64,000 nt of DNA, taken from assembly GCA_965197905.1 (NCBI GenBank), contig CBDAOB010000004.1, forward strand, positions 832,001 through 896,000. Direction: 5' to 3'. This DNA is from Candidatus Latescibacterota bacterium. GTDB taxonomy: Bacteria > Latescibacterota > UBA2968 > UBA8231. A program made the position numbers and the translations under genes. Positions 10,324 to 20,949 of the stretch are shown in pieces (position 1 is the first letter of the stretch; each line of letters begins with the position of its first letter). Under the pieces are notes generated by a model that was not told the DNA's origin, did not search any database, and worked only from the letters and a program-made list of their open reading frames with translations.

Positions 10324-11974
10324 CTAGCCACGAACCCGCAGCTGCGCTGCGTCAAGCACGACGGCAGAAGAGGCGGACTCGCCGCGGTTCTGCACCGCCA
10401 CGTCCAGCTGATTCTCACCGCGACGGATCTGCCCGGCATCGAGCTTGCCCTGCAGCCACTGACCTTCCTTGGGGTTTCGGTGCGGATCGGCCGGTTCCAG
10501 CCCATCGACAGCTGCGCCGTTGAGTTTCACCGAGAAGTCGTCACCGGGAACCCAATCCCACAGATGCAGGCTGAAATCGATGCTGGCCGATCCGACATCC
10601 TCGCCCACCTGAAAACCCGCGGACACCGGTAGGGTTACCTCTCGGACCTCGGAGAAGCTATTGGGGCCTGCGAAACGCTCGATGCCGTAGAGCTTGTCTT
10701 TTCCGGCCATGGTTGCCGTTTCGCCGATCTCGCGCCACCATTGCGGCTCGCCGAAAGCGGGATTGAAGATGTAGAGCCCATCGGCGCCGGCGTTGAACAG
10801 ATTCGAGGCGGCACCGCGCCAGGCGGGGAGTGTGCCCTCCCACCCGTTGAACACAAGGATGAACGACGGTTTGCCGGCGCGTTCGACCTGCCCCCCGTAG
10901 AGGGTCTCTACCCACGACCTGGACTCTCTGTATTTGCCATCGCTGAGGCCGAGAAAGGCCCAGCTATCTCAGAAGCCCCAGGACACACAGGGGTAGACCG
11001 GGACCTCGTATTTGTGTCCCAGGGCGATGATGTCGCTGTAGGAACTACAAAACACCGAGTCGTAGTTGCCGCCGGGCATGAGCTGGTCGATCAATCCCTC
11101 CGCCAGCCACGTTTCCAGGTCGACCCCGACATGGATCGAATCGGCGAGGTTGAACGGCGTGTGCGCCGCCAGCAGCAGTGGGCGGCCGCGGCGGTTGGCC
11201 TGCTCGTCCGCCATGCGCCGGATGCGCCGCAACAGATCATTCATCAGCTCCAGATGCTCCGGCTCGACGGGATTCCCCTCCAGCGATTCGCGGAAGAACG
11301 GGAAATACTTGAAGAACTCCATGCCGATACAGTCGACGTCGTAGTTCTGCGCCACTTCCTGAATGATGGAAAAGATGTACTCGCGCACTTCGGGAACGGC
11401 AAAGTCCAACCCTGTCCAATTCGCTTTGGGGCTGCCGCCGTATTTATCCCAATCGCCCTCTTTGCCCATCATGAATTCGGGATGCTCCTGTTTGAACGGA
11501 GCCAGACCGTAGGTCCATCGACGCGAACCGGGCGGAAAGGCGTCGTGGACATCGTTCATGCGCAGGGCCCAGACCGCCTCCATGCCGTGCTCGTGGCTGA
11601 AATCAAGCTGTATTTGCAAGGTGTCGCGACCGTACTTTTCCACCAATTCCAGCGGGATCCCCTTGCCGTAGAATCCGCCCAACTTCGTATGGTGCGAAAA
11701 GGTCGTAGAATCCGCCCAACTTCGTATGGTGCGAAAAGGTCAGACCCGCCATGCAAGGGGAGAACCAGTTGCTGTCCACCTGGGTGCCGATCAAGGGCGT
11801 GCTGCGGGCATCGAGAAAATCTTGTACCAGATCTCCGGTGGCGCGCACCGTCAGCGCTTCGGAAACGTCATACTCATGTTCCACTCCGGAGCGCGCTTCG
11901 ATTACATCGTCGCCGTCGTTGTTGTAAATGATCCGACGTTTCCGCCAGCGCGCCTTCAGTCGGTCTGCATCCAC
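10324..11974 (-). pseudogene. GHL10-like TIM-barrel hydrolase, disrupted
   Basis: IIYNNDGDD, LRMNDVHD, LDFAVPEVRE and GADGLYIFN. A 37-bp tandem duplication causes a frameshift. TGA at 10969-10971 stands where the paralogue has TGG. Confidence 0.75.
11667..11740. repeat. Perfect 37-bp tandem duplication
   Basis: CGTAGAATCCGCCCAACTTCGTATGGTGCGAAAAGGT occurs twice (11667-11703, 11704-11740). Confidence 0.9.
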
Positions 11975-12044
11975 GTCTTAATCTCCCCGTCCTTAGTCTC
12001 GCACCCAGAATAACAGAAACCCGAGTGTCTGATTCAAAGGTCTT

Positions 12045-12400
12045 TTGTTTTGCCTCTGGTGCCGGTTGCTACTTCGCCGCATGGTGATCTTCTTTCCGGC
12101 GAGATTGCCTGGTCGCCGGTGGCCTGCACCGCCTTCCGACGGCAGCATGCATATGTTGCTGCCGATGGCGTTCTCCACAATGGCCCTGGAAAAGGGCTGG
12201 GGAATCATCCATCCATTGAGCGACCAGATAGATATCCGGAGAGATCTCCGAATACGTCGTGATCTACGGTCCCAGAAACGAAGAGGAACTCCGAACGATC
12301 TGGATAATCGCTCAGGTCTCTTATACTTTGCGCGCGGCGTGAGTATGGAGAGTTCGACGGCGATCACACCCGCGAGCTTGGGCGAGGTTAAGGACAGCTG
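12045..12400 (+). pseudogene. DUF5519/luciferase-domain family remnant, frameshifted
   Basis: SDGSMHMLLP and EKGWGIIHPL, then in another frame YVVIYGPRNEEELRTIW. Confidence 0.55.
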
Positions 12401-12657
12401 CGCTAGTGCTCTGGCACATCAATCCTTGTATTTCGCCGCCCATGCATCCCGGCTGGCCACGTTAGCTCGTGAGGCGTCTCGCTTCAGCACCGTAGAGGAG
12501 GCGATCGCATGATTCGGCGTTCCCCGTCGAGCGGATCCTTTACGCCTGCCTCCCCAATCTCTTGTCCTCCTCGTTCAGCCACGCCTCGTACTCTCGCGGA
12601 GCCGGCCCCGGCTCCTCCGACCCGTGCCGGAGCATTTGACCGTCTAGCCGCACGTAG

Positions 12658-13503
12658 TCAAGGATGTGTTTCCAGCCCCGTGTGTTTCTTCACCAGCTCT
12701 TTCAATTCCGGTTTCTCTTTCATGGACGCGAGCTCGATCGTCTCCGGATCGAGCTCGATCCCGGCGGCGGCGGCATCCTTAAGTGCCTGGTCCATCTTTT
12801 CGTTGCTGTAGAACTGGGGCCGGAAGTTGAAGAACATCATGACCCGGTCGCGATCCTTGGGAAGCCAGGGAAGCGCTGCGTGATTCAGGCGCAACGGCAT
12901 GATGAGCATATCGCCCGCATTGGCGGTCACGTTGATGAATCCCAGCTTTTCGCGTTCTTGCGGATCTGTCGGGTGAGCATTCTTCTCGTAGAACAGCTCT
13001 GGCGGGTAAGTGAAGCTCGCCCGGTGAGCGCCCGGCACGACCAACAGACCTCCGTCCCCTGGGCGCACGTCGGTCAGGTAGACGAAGAAAGCGGCCCAAT
13101 CGCAATAGATTCTGCGGTGTACCACATCCGTATAGAACCGGGGTGCATCCTCGTGCATTTCACGGAGAATGTCCTTGCGCAAATGGAAGTTGTGGAAGCC
13201 GTGGTCCGAATTCTGCACCATCAGGGTGCCGTCGATGACGCGGGGCATGTTGTTGGTTAGATGACAGGCGTAATCGAGAACCCGGGGGGCGTAGGTGATC
13301 TGCTCCAGAACTTTGTCGTGGAGAAAAGCGTTTCGGTACTTGTCCCCGTAGCCGTCTCCCTTCTCCCCGGCGAGGAGGTGCTCGCATTCGTTGACGATGC
13401 GATCGGCGCTCTTCTTTGCCTGCGCCACGGTCTCCGCGTCCAGGACGTTCTCCACTCTCAAGAATCCAAGAGTATCTAACAAGTACAGCTCTTCCTCGGT
13501 CAT
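12658..13503 (-). CDS. Phytanoyl-CoA dioxygenase (PhyH) family protein
   Basis: LGFLRVENVL, YLTDVRPGDGGLLVVPGAH, AGDMLI...LNHA. Confidence 0.8.
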   Translation of the reverse strand: MTEEELYLLDTLGFLRVENVLDAETVAQAKKSADRIVNECEHLLAGEKGDGYGDKYRNAFLHDKVLEQITYAPRVLDYACHLTNNMPRVIDGTLMVQNSDHGFHNFHLRKDILREMHEDAPRFYTDVVHRRIYCDWAAFFVYLTDVRPGDGGLLVVPGAHRASFTYPPELFYEKNAHPTDPQEREKLGFINVTANAGDMLIMPLRLNHAALPWLPKDRDRVMMFFNFRPQFYSNEKMDQALKDAAAAGIELDPETIELASMKEKPELKELVKKHTGLETHP

Positions 13504-13777
13504 CGCTCACCTACCTTGTTTATGGGATTGACTGACTGAAAGCTGAGTGCGCACGACATCACCTCACGTGATGGCATTCGGACCCTGCTGATTCTGGTGA
13601 AAACTGAAAAGGATCGGTGTCGAGCACAAGGTCAAGGCGGCCGCCGGTCCGACCAGAGGGGACGATCGATTCGGCGCCCCCACAATGATTGACATGGCCA
13701 AACTGGGGCGATACCGTTGACCCAACGGTAACAACCCCCGGGCTAATTGGCTTGGCGCCTGCATAGAGAGGAATGTC

Positions 13778-14662
13778 ATGAAAGTCCGCATTGCCACCTG
13801 CCAACACCCCGTGAGTGGCAATCTCCGGCGAGACTGTGATGTCATGTTGCGCTTGATGGAGAACTCCGCCGATGAGGGTGCGCATATTACTCATTTCTGC
13901 GAGTGTGGCCTCGGCGGTTATGCCGGAGCTGATATCCCCAACTTTGGTCGATACGACTGGGAAAAGGACCTGCAGTGCAAACGGATTTTGGCCGAACAGG
14001 CGCGCTCGCTGCGTATATGGCTCGCTTTCGGCGGCAATCATTTCTTGAGCGACAAGCTGCTGCCCCACAACAGCGTATTCATTGTGAATCCCCGGGGAAA
14101 ACTGGTCGATCGTTACGACAAGATCGTCCGGGTTATCAATCCCAAAGAGATTGGCAGCTCGGACGGCGGCGACGAGAAATTCTATTCAAACGGCACCCAG
14201 ACGGTGGTCTTCGACGTCAAAGGCGTAAGGTTTGGGGTCCTGATCTGTGCCGATTTCCGCAAACCTCAGCTCTATCAGCACTACAAATCGATCGGCGTGG
14301 AGGTGATGTTGCACTCGTACCACAATGGAGGTCAGGATCCGAAATATCTCCGCCGCATGAAGAACGTCTGGAGGGACATCGTACCGGCTACCATGCAGTT
14401 TTTCGCTTCGAACAACGACATGTGGATCAGCGTCCCCAACACCTCCCGCCGCCAGAGTTGCTGGCCATCATTCTTCGTGACGCCTGACGGAGTCGTCGAC
14501 GGCAAACTACCCCTGCACAAGACCGGAATCCTGATTTCCGAGGTGGATACGAAGAAGTGGTACTACCGCGTCCCCCATCTCGAACACACCCCGATAACCC
14601 AGCTCTATCGAACCCCGTATGTAAGAAGGGCGAAACGCTCCAGTTGCCGCACGGAGTTCTAG
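13778..14662 (+). CDS. Carbon-nitrogen hydrolase (nitrilase superfamily)
   Basis: E-K-C triad context: FCE, YDK, GVLICADF. Confidence 0.85.
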   Translation: MKVRIATCQHPVSGNLRRDCDVMLRLMENSADEGAHITHFCECGLGGYAGADIPNFGRYDWEKDLQCKRILAEQARSLRIWLAFGGNHFLSDKLLPHNSVFIVNPRGKLVDRYDKIVRVINPKEIGSSDGGDEKFYSNGTQTVVFDVKGVRFGVLICADFRKPQLYQHYKSIGVEVMLHSYHNGGQDPKYLRRMKNVWRDIVPATMQFFASNNDMWISVPNTSRRQSCWPSFFVTPDGVVDGKLPLHKTGILISEVDTKKWYYRVPHLEHTPITQLYRTPYVRRAKRSSCRTEF

Positions 14663-14703
14663 CGATCGCCTGGACGGTTGGCCGTGACCTGGCGGCGGCG
14701 CAG

Positions 14704-14802
14704 TCAGCGAACGCGCAGCTGCGCTTCGATCACGTCGTCGCCGTCGTTGTTGTAAATGATCCAACGTTTCCGCCAGCGCGCTTTCAGTCGGTCTGCATCC
14801 AT
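14704..14802 (-). pseudogene. Collapsed GHL10-like paralogue: 32-aa in-frame mini-ORF
   Basis: MDADRLKARWRKRWIIYNNDGDDVIEA+QLRVR*. The upstream RBS region matches that of the gene starting at 24296. Confidence 0.8.
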
Positions 14803-14824
14803 GTCTCAATCTCCTCGCCCTCGG

Positions 14825-15286
14825 TTATGTGGATCTGGTAGTACTCGCCGGCTGGAAAAGTTCCATGCTGATGCCGTCCGGATCTTCCATATACACGCCC
14901 CAGGCCCCCTTGTTCACACCCGCAGTGATCTCGACGGGCGACGAGCGAAATTTCACGCCCGCGGCGCGCAATTCCTCATAGGCCGCCTGTAAATCATCCA
15001 CCACAAAAGCCACGTGCGAACTCCCCACATTATTGGTGCGCACATCGGCCGCCTGCCCCTTGGGCACCGCGTATTCGAACAGTTCGATGACGTGGTCCGA
15101 GCCGGCAATGCGCAGATGTGCCGCTTCCACCACGCAGTCGGGAAAAGCGACGATGTCGCGGAAGTACTGATTGTCGATGCGGCGCTGCCAGAGCACTTCG
15201 CAACCCAGCAAACCCACATAGAATTCGAGCGAGCGTTCGAGATTGGCCACTGTATAACTCGTGTGGTGCGCACCGACGACTTTCAT
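14825..15286 (-). CDS. VOC/glyoxalase family protein
   Basis: HHTSYTVANLERSLEFY, IELFEY, HVAFVVDDL, YMEDPDGISMELF. GAGGAG RBS. Confidence 0.85.
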   Translation of the reverse strand: MKVVGAHHTSYTVANLERSLEFYVGLLGCEVLWQRRIDNQYFRDIVAFPDCVVEAAHLRIAGSDHVIELFEYAVPKGQAADVRTNNVGSSHVAFVVDDLQAAYEELRAAGVKFRSSPVEITAGVNKGAWGVYMEDPDGISMELFQPASTTRST

Positions 15287-15297
15287 ATTCCTCCTCT

Positions 15298-16065
15298 TCA
15301 GAAAAGCTGATACGCCCCCCAGCCGCCGTCCACCCGCAGCACTTCCCCCACGATGTAGGAAGCTTCGTCGCTGGCCAGATAGAGCACGGCTTCGGCAATC
15401 TCCTGCGCCGTGCCCAACCGCCGCATGGGGGTGCGACGCTCGTACATCTCCAGCGAGGCGGTGCCTTCGGCCAGGCCTTTCTCGACCATTTCGGTCAACA
15501 CCACACCGGGCGCCAGCCCCACCACCCGCACACCGCGATCTGCCCACTCGATGCCCAACGCCTGCGTGAGCATGATCAGAACCTTGGCCGCACTGTAAGC
15601 CGCCCGTCCCTCAACGGCGAGATATCCGTTGACCGAGGCCATATTGACGATGATGCCCCACCCGCGCGCCAGCATCGGCCGGGATACCGCCTGGGCGCAG
15701 TAGAATGCGCCCGAAAGCATCACCGCCACACTGTCATCCCATTGCTCGGGCGGTAAATCCTCGGCCGCTCCCTTGTAGGCCACCCCTGCGTTATTCACCC
15801 ACACATCGATCTGCCCGCGCTCATCGACCAGTTGCTCCACCAGAGCGAGACTCTGCTCCGGCTTGCGCACATCCAGGGCGGCAAATTCGGCTTCCAGCCC
15901 CTCGCCGCGTAACAGCTCCGCTGCTGCTGCGCCGCGCTCAATGTCGATCTCGGCCAGCACCACATAAGCTCCGTCACGCCCGAAATAGCGGCCGATCTCC
16001 AGGCCCAGACCGCGCCCGCCTCCCGTGACTACCACCGTCTGCCCGGCGAACCTCACCTCACCCAT
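15298..16065 (-). CDS. Short-chain dehydrogenase/reductase
   Basis: [21 protein letters not shown]. Confidence 0.9.
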   Translation of the reverse strand: MGEVRFAGQTVVVTGGGRGLGLEIGRYFGRDGAYVVLAEIDIERGAAAAELLRGEGLEAEFAALDVRKPEQSLALVEQLVDERGQIDVWVNNAGVAYKGAAEDLPPEQWDDSVAVMLSGAFYCAQAVSRPMLARGWGIIVNMASVNGYLAVEGRAAYSAAKVLIMLTQALGIEWADRGVRVVGLAPGVVLTEMVEKGLAEGTASLEMYERRTPMRRLGTAQEIAEAVLYLASDEASYIVGEVLRVDGGWGAYQLF

Positions 16066-16858
16066 CGGAGGCCGCCTCCGGAAAACCGACCGCGTTCAAA
16101 TTGCCCCACGGCACCCAACCCCCGTCTACTCGCAGATTCTCACCGGTGACGTAACTAGAGCGGTCCGAAGCCAGGAAGAGCACCGCGTCGGCCACCTCCT
16201 GCACCTGCGCCAAACGGCCCAGCGGTACGCGCCTGGCATAGGCCTCAAGGCTCACGTGTCCCTGGCGCACGGCCGCTTCGATCATCTCCGTGTGCACCAC
16301 CCCCGGGGACACGCAATTCAGGCGAATATTGTACTGCGCCCACTCGGAGGCCAGCACCTCGGTGAGCACCAGCACGCCTCCTTTGGCGGCGTTGTAGGCC
16401 GAGCGCATGGGCCAGCCACCCATGCCGCCTATGGATGCGATGTTGACTACGGTGCCACTGCGCTGCGGGATCATGGCCGCCCGCGCGACCGCCTGCATCA
16501 TCAGGAACGGGCCGGTGAGTAGCACGTCGATCTGCAGGCGCCAGTCCTCCTCCGGCATGTCTTCCGACTTGTGCAGCGCAAAGACGCCGGCATTGTTGAC
16601 CAACACGTCGATGCGTCCGTGCTCGTCCATCACCTGCTCGGCCAGTGCGACGCACGAATCGGACCTGGCCACATCGAGCCCGATGGCCTGGGCGCGAACG
16701 CCCTGTTCTTCAAGTTGGGCGGCGGTCTCGGCCCCCTGGTCGAAATCCAATTCGCCGATGACCACCCTGGCGCCTTCGCGGCCGAAGGTTTCAGCGATGC
16801 TCCGACCAATGCCGCGTCCACCGCCGGTGACGATTGCCACGCGATCTTCTAATAACAC
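16058..16858 (-). CDS. Short-chain dehydrogenase/reductase
   Basis: [20 protein letters not shown] start after a purine-rich RBS. Confidence 0.9.
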   Translation of the reverse strand: MLLEDRVAIVTGGGRGIGRSIAETFGREGARVVIGELDFDQGAETAAQLEEQGVRAQAIGLDVARSDSCVALAEQVMDEHGRIDVLVNNAGVFALHKSEDMPEEDWRLQIDVLLTGPFLMMQAVARAAMIPQRSGTVVNIASIGGMGGWPMRSAYNAAKGGVLVLTEVLASEWAQYNIRLNCVSPGVVHTEMIEAAVRQGHVSLEAYARRVPLGRLAQVQEVADAVLFLASDRSSYVTGENLRVDGGWVPWGNLNAVGFPEAASDG

Positions 16859-16949
16859 CGTTGCGCTCCCTTCTCCTGTGCGTCCCGTGTCGATAGCTCG
16901 CCGCGAAGCGATGGAAGCTGAATGGGGTGACGCCGATCCGAAACTCCGC

Positions 16950-17705
16950 TCACGCGCTAGCCGCTTCCACGGCCGCCAAGGCACGCTCGCACAACGCCGC
17001 GACCGGACCCGTAGACCAGCCCAGCCAACCGTTGAGTGATCGCTCCTCTCCGAGCTCCAGGCGCTCCGCCATCGGACTACAGTGGACGCAATTCAAGGCC
17101 GGATCGGTATTTCCGCAGTATTCGTTGTGGGTCTCCCACGCCATTGCAGTCGCACCACCGGTGGTGGCTTCCACCGCGATCACCGACGGGCCGGTATCCG
17201 CATCGGGCATGCTCAGAAACGACGACTTGTCGGGGTCGTGATGGTCGTGGCACTCCGCCTTGATGCCGTCGGTGGCGACGTTCTTGAGATTTCCGCCGAC
17301 CCAGCAGTAGGTGCGGTCCCCCATCTGATCCAGGAAGGTGTTCGCTTCCGCTAGCTGATAGCAGGTTCCCACCGTGATCTGTTCCAATGCCCGGTCGGAG
17401 GTGTTTACCAAATCGTACCGCGGAACGAGATGATCCTCGCCGATCTCGACGACCGCGTCGAGCCGAAGAGTATCTCCATCGACCAGTCGTGAGCGCAGCA
17501 CCTTGCCATTCTCCTCGGTGCTCCATTCCATAGGACCGGAACGAGCCTGACGGTAGATCGAAGCATCCTTGTCGCCGGCCTTTTCCGGTATCCAGAGACG
17601 AAAGGCCTGAGAAGGGAACGCGTCCACGGAAATCTGCAGCACCGACATCTGTAGCGGCGGATAGAGCACCAGCGGCAACGTCCTAGGGGCGACGGAAACG
17701 TACAT
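16950..17705 (-). CDS. Hypothetical protein with chimeric N-terminus
   Basis: Coding-like ORF. Its first 7 codons are identical to the start of 20149..20943. Confidence 0.5.
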   Translation of the reverse strand: MYVSVAPRTLPLVLYPPLQMSVLQISVDAFPSQAFRLWIPEKAGDKDASIYRQARSGPMEWSTEENGKVLRSRLVDGDTLRLDAVVEIGEDHLVPRYDLVNTSDRALEQITVGTCYQLAEANTFLDQMGDRTYCWVGGNLKNVATDGIKAECHDHHDPDKSSFLSMPDADTGPSVIAVEATTGGATAMAWETHNEYCGNTDPALNCVHCSPMAERLELGEERSLNGWLGWSTGPVAALCERALAAVEAASA

Positions 17706-17881
17706 GACTTGGTTTTGTTGGGCCGTTCAGATAATCATCAGAACGATGCCCATAAGGACGAAAGTGGGTATCGGGTTCAAAGTAAACAGCGCGAATACGA
17801 ACATAGTGGTGTGCGTCAGAAACTCCCTATCATTCAGTGCTCACCCTCTTCACCTTCCGCACTCAGCTGTCTTCGGGCGGC

Positions 17882-20131
17882 TTACCGCACCAGCGCCAGC
17901 TTGCGGGTTTCCACCTGCGCTCCGGCTCTCAATCTGAGCAGGTAAATCCCACTAGCCAGGGTGCGGCCGCGGGCGTCCCGACCATTCCAACGCACCGTAT
18001 GGACTCCAGCCCCTCGCGTCGCCTGCGCCAGTTGTACCACCTTCTGCCCCGCTAGATTGTGCAGCGCCAGCTCGATCTCACTCGGCCTTTGCAGTGCAAA
18101 TCGAATAACCGTTTCACTGTTGAACGGATTGGGGTAGTTCTGCTCCAGGGTGAAGATCTGTAGCGGCGTTGGTGTGCCCTCTTCTTGCACGCTAGTTGTT
18201 GCTGGAGGAGGTAACGCGGCCGCAACCAGGCGCATATCGTCCAGAAAAAATGTTCCTTGCAGCCTCCCCGTGAAACCAATAGAGGTGATTACATCCAAGC
18301 TCAGAAAATCCATTGGCATCTGTACGAGCTGCCACTCCCTATTGTTCATATCTAGAGCAATGCCCTCCCGACTACCGTTCAACAGGCGCACCAATTTTCC
18401 GTTCACGGCTAGGTTGAGTTCCGTGTCACCGAACGACGGTGCCGCTACATCTCCTGGGTGAAAAGCGAAACGCAGGGAGTATCCGAAAGGATCTGTAGGT
18501 TCCATGAGTTCATAGAGCACGCGAAACGCGCCATTGATATTCCCGAATGCCAGCGCCGAAGCGCCCTGGTGAGCAAACGTGTCCTCTTGGACATGCAGCT
18601 CCACGCCGGAGATACGGTTTGTCTGCCAGCGATCTGTCAAAACATCTTCAAAGATTACCAGGTCCTCGACTGGGAGAATGTGAAAGGGTAGTCTGTAGGG
18701 GTATATGCGACTTCGATCATCTTCTAACTGCACTTGTATTCGATGCTTCCCGCTGTGCACTCCTAGGGGCACTCGAAAATGCCCGGTATATACGCCGTCT
18801 CCGCCCGCTGCATCGCCCCCCGTCCCTTTATCGAACAACAACCATTCGTCTGCCTGGTCTACGCTCAAGAATCGGGCGGCAACCCGGGTGATCTCGCCGA
18901 TAATCCCGCGGGGCGATCTAGCCGTCGTCGCCGCGACCGTTATCCTGTCCGTTCGACCCACAACCGTAGAATCCGCACTAAGCGACACCTGCCTAATCGC
19001 GTGCGACGGCTCATTAAAGCGAAGCGCCAGCAAGCCAGACTGGCCAAGGCCACCGAAGACCTGCCCGTTATCCGCCACATAGATTAAGCCGTTGGTATGG
19101 GGCTGAGCACTCCAGGCGCCACGGGTGACGAAGTATGCGATCTCCACCGGCCGCTCCGGCGTAAAAAGGTCGAAAATGCGCACCCCGGCATCGTAATACG
19201 CCCAGTAGAGTAGGTGGTTCTGGATATACGGGTTGTGCGGGCCCTCTACTTCGCCCAGCGGAGGCGGTTCAGCGCGAAACACACCCATCCTCGTGGGGTG
19301 ACGTGGATCGGTCGCGTCGATGATGTGCAGGGCGCGTTCCCAGCCGCCACTTTCCTGGTTGCAGTAAACCAATCCCTCCTCCATCCAGGCGCTGTGCAGC
19401 CCTTCGACGATCGGCAAGGACGACAGGGTAAGCGGACGGTCTGGATCAGCAAGGTCCAGAATGGCGAGACCGCCAGTTCCGGGTCCCAGGTCGTTGACGA
19501 CGCTGAGGAAGGCCGTATCGTCGCGGATAAACACATCGTGGACGAAACTACTGAAACCTTCGACGTCGCTGCTCCAGAAGCCCGATGCAAACGGCTGCCT
19601 GGGGTCCGAGATATCCAGAACGGTTAGCCCCGCTATGGCGACGTGCGCCAAATAGGCCCGTTCCCTATAAAGGAAGAGGTTGTGCACCCCGCCGGGTGCC
19701 GAGAAATGCGATAGGATCTCAGGATCAGAGGGTTTGGAGATATCGACCAACACCACCTCACCTCCGAATCCGCTGCTGTCGCCTGCTCCTTGCGTTCCGA
19801 TAGCAGCCAGATTCCCGCTGACCTTTACATCGAGCGCGGCCGCATCCGACACAGTCAACACCGTGTCCAAACGCATGGCCTGCGGATGTGAGATGTCGAC
19901 GACATGCAGGGAGCCCCGCCGCCAGCTGCCGACATAGGCATGATTGTCCACGACATACAGGTCGGCCACGGCGTCTAGTAAAATGCTGTCCACCATGGTC
20001 ATATTGAGGGCATTGCCGGGGTCCCGCTCACCCGTGTGCCCATCGTGTGGTTCAGCGGTGCTGGCTAGAACCAGACTGACGCAGGCAGAAACACACCTCA
20101 CGGGACCTAGTGGCCTCGATAGATCCCGCAT
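17882..20131 (-). CDS. Secreted LVIVD-repeat protein with C-terminal FlgD/T9SS-type sorting domain
   Basis: Signal-like N-terminus, LxVxDxSxP repeats, LFDKGTGGDAAGGDGVYT, and LEQNYPNPFNSET...LASGIY. Confidence 0.8.
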   Translation of the reverse strand: MRDLSRPLGPVRCVSACVSLVLASTAEPHDGHTGERDPGNALNMTMVDSILLDAVADLYVVDNHAYVGSWRRGSLHVVDISHPQAMRLDTVLTVSDAAALDVKVSGNLAAIGTQGAGDSSGFGGEVVLVDISKPSDPEILSHFSAPGGVHNLFLYRERAYLAHVAIAGLTVLDISDPRQPFASGFWSSDVEGFSSFVHDVFIRDDTAFLSVVNDLGPGTGGLAILDLADPDRPLTLSSLPIVEGLHSAWMEEGLVYCNQESGGWERALHIIDATDPRHPTRMGVFRAEPPPLGEVEGPHNPYIQNHLLYWAYYDAGVRIFDLFTPERPVEIAYFVTRGAWSAQPHTNGLIYVADNGQVFGGLGQSGLLALRFNEPSHAIRQVSLSADSTVVGRTDRITVAATTARSPRGIIGEITRVAARFLSVDQADEWLLFDKGTGGDAAGGDGVYTGHFRVPLGVHSGKHRIQVQLEDDRSRIYPYRLPFHILPVEDLVIFEDVLTDRWQTNRISGVELHVQEDTFAHQGASALAFGNINGAFRVLYELMEPTDPFGYSLRFAFHPGDVAAPSFGDTELNLAVNGKLVRLLNGSREGIALDMNNREWQLVQMPMDFLSLDVITSIGFTGRLQGTFFLDDMRLVAAALPPPATTSVQEEGTPTPLQIFTLEQNYPNPFNSETVIRFALQRPSEIELALHNLAGQKVVQLAQATRGAGVHTVRWNGRDARGRTLASGIYLLRLRAGAQVETRKLALVR

Positions 20132-20148
20132 GTTAGACGGCCAAGGAT

Positions 20149-20943
20149 CTATTCCATGATCAGCGTTTCGAACCAGTCTCGTATCCTGATCTTGTCGGCC
20201 TCGTTACCGAAACCAAGGTTGTACCAACCCTGATAACCTCCGCTTTCGAGTCTTTCGAATAGCGACGGGAAGTCGATAGTGCCTTCACCAGGAACCAGAT
20301 GGATCTCATACTCGCCGGTGTTGTCGTTGACCCGAACCTGGCCGATGTTGTCGGTCCCGAAGGCGTCGAGGAAACTGGACCATCCTTGGGGTACGAGATG
20401 ACCATGGGCGACGTTGAAAGCCCATTTGAAGTTGGGGGCTTCGATCTCGTCGAGGAACCAGTGCATTTCCTCAACGTTGTGCGGGATATAATGAATTTCG
20501 GCGAGGTCGGGTTCTTTGTTGTGGTTCTCGAAGTAGACCATCTTGCCCAGCTTATCAGCCCGATCCACGAGTCTCTTGATGCGGTCGACCGCGGCCTGCC
20601 GGCGAAGCTCAGTGTCGCCGAAATGATAGCCGCCGTGACCGATGATCCAGCCGGCGCCGATCGCCTCGGCCAACTGCAGGTTCGCTTCCAGGTAATCATC
20701 GACGGCTTCCGACATGATGGGGACGTATTCCGCGTTGTTGATCGCTGAAACAGGATGGACACCTATCTGGAGCTCCGTTTCCTCCAGGAGGGCACGCGCC
20801 TTCGAAGCACGTGCTTTGCCAAATGAGGCGATGTCGTTCGGCGCATTGTCAGCGTTGAAATCGATGAATTTGAAGCCGTTGTCAGCACCCCACTCGATTG
20901 ACCTTTCGATGGGAAGGTCTTTGGGGGCGACGGAAACGTACAT
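20149..20943 (-). CDS. Sugar phosphate isomerase/epimerase (xylose isomerase-like TIM barrel)
   Basis: FENH, NVAH, HLVPGEGTIDF. Confidence 0.8.
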   Translation of the reverse strand: MYVSVAPKDLPIERSIEWGADNGFKFIDFNADNAPNDIASFGKARASKARALLEETELQIGVHPVSAINNAEYVPIMSEAVDDYLEANLQLAEAIGAGWIIGHGGYHFGDTELRRQAAVDRIKRLVDRADKLGKMVYFENHNKEPDLAEIHYIPHNVEEMHWFLDEIEAPNFKWAFNVAHGHLVPQGWSSFLDAFGTDNIGQVRVNDNTGEYEIHLVPGEGTIDFPSLFERLESGGYQGWYNLGFGNEADKIRIRDWFETLIME

Positions 20944-20949
20944 GACTCC

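Noticed and set aside
10969..10971. TGA in place of Trp as evidence of recoding or code 4/25
   Set aside because: TGA serves as a normal stop in many genes here, and the same gene carries another lesion. A nonsense mutation or error is more likely.
11667..11740. 37-bp repeat as a CRISPR array
   Set aside because: Two abutting copies with no spacer, inside coding sequence, and no cas genes.
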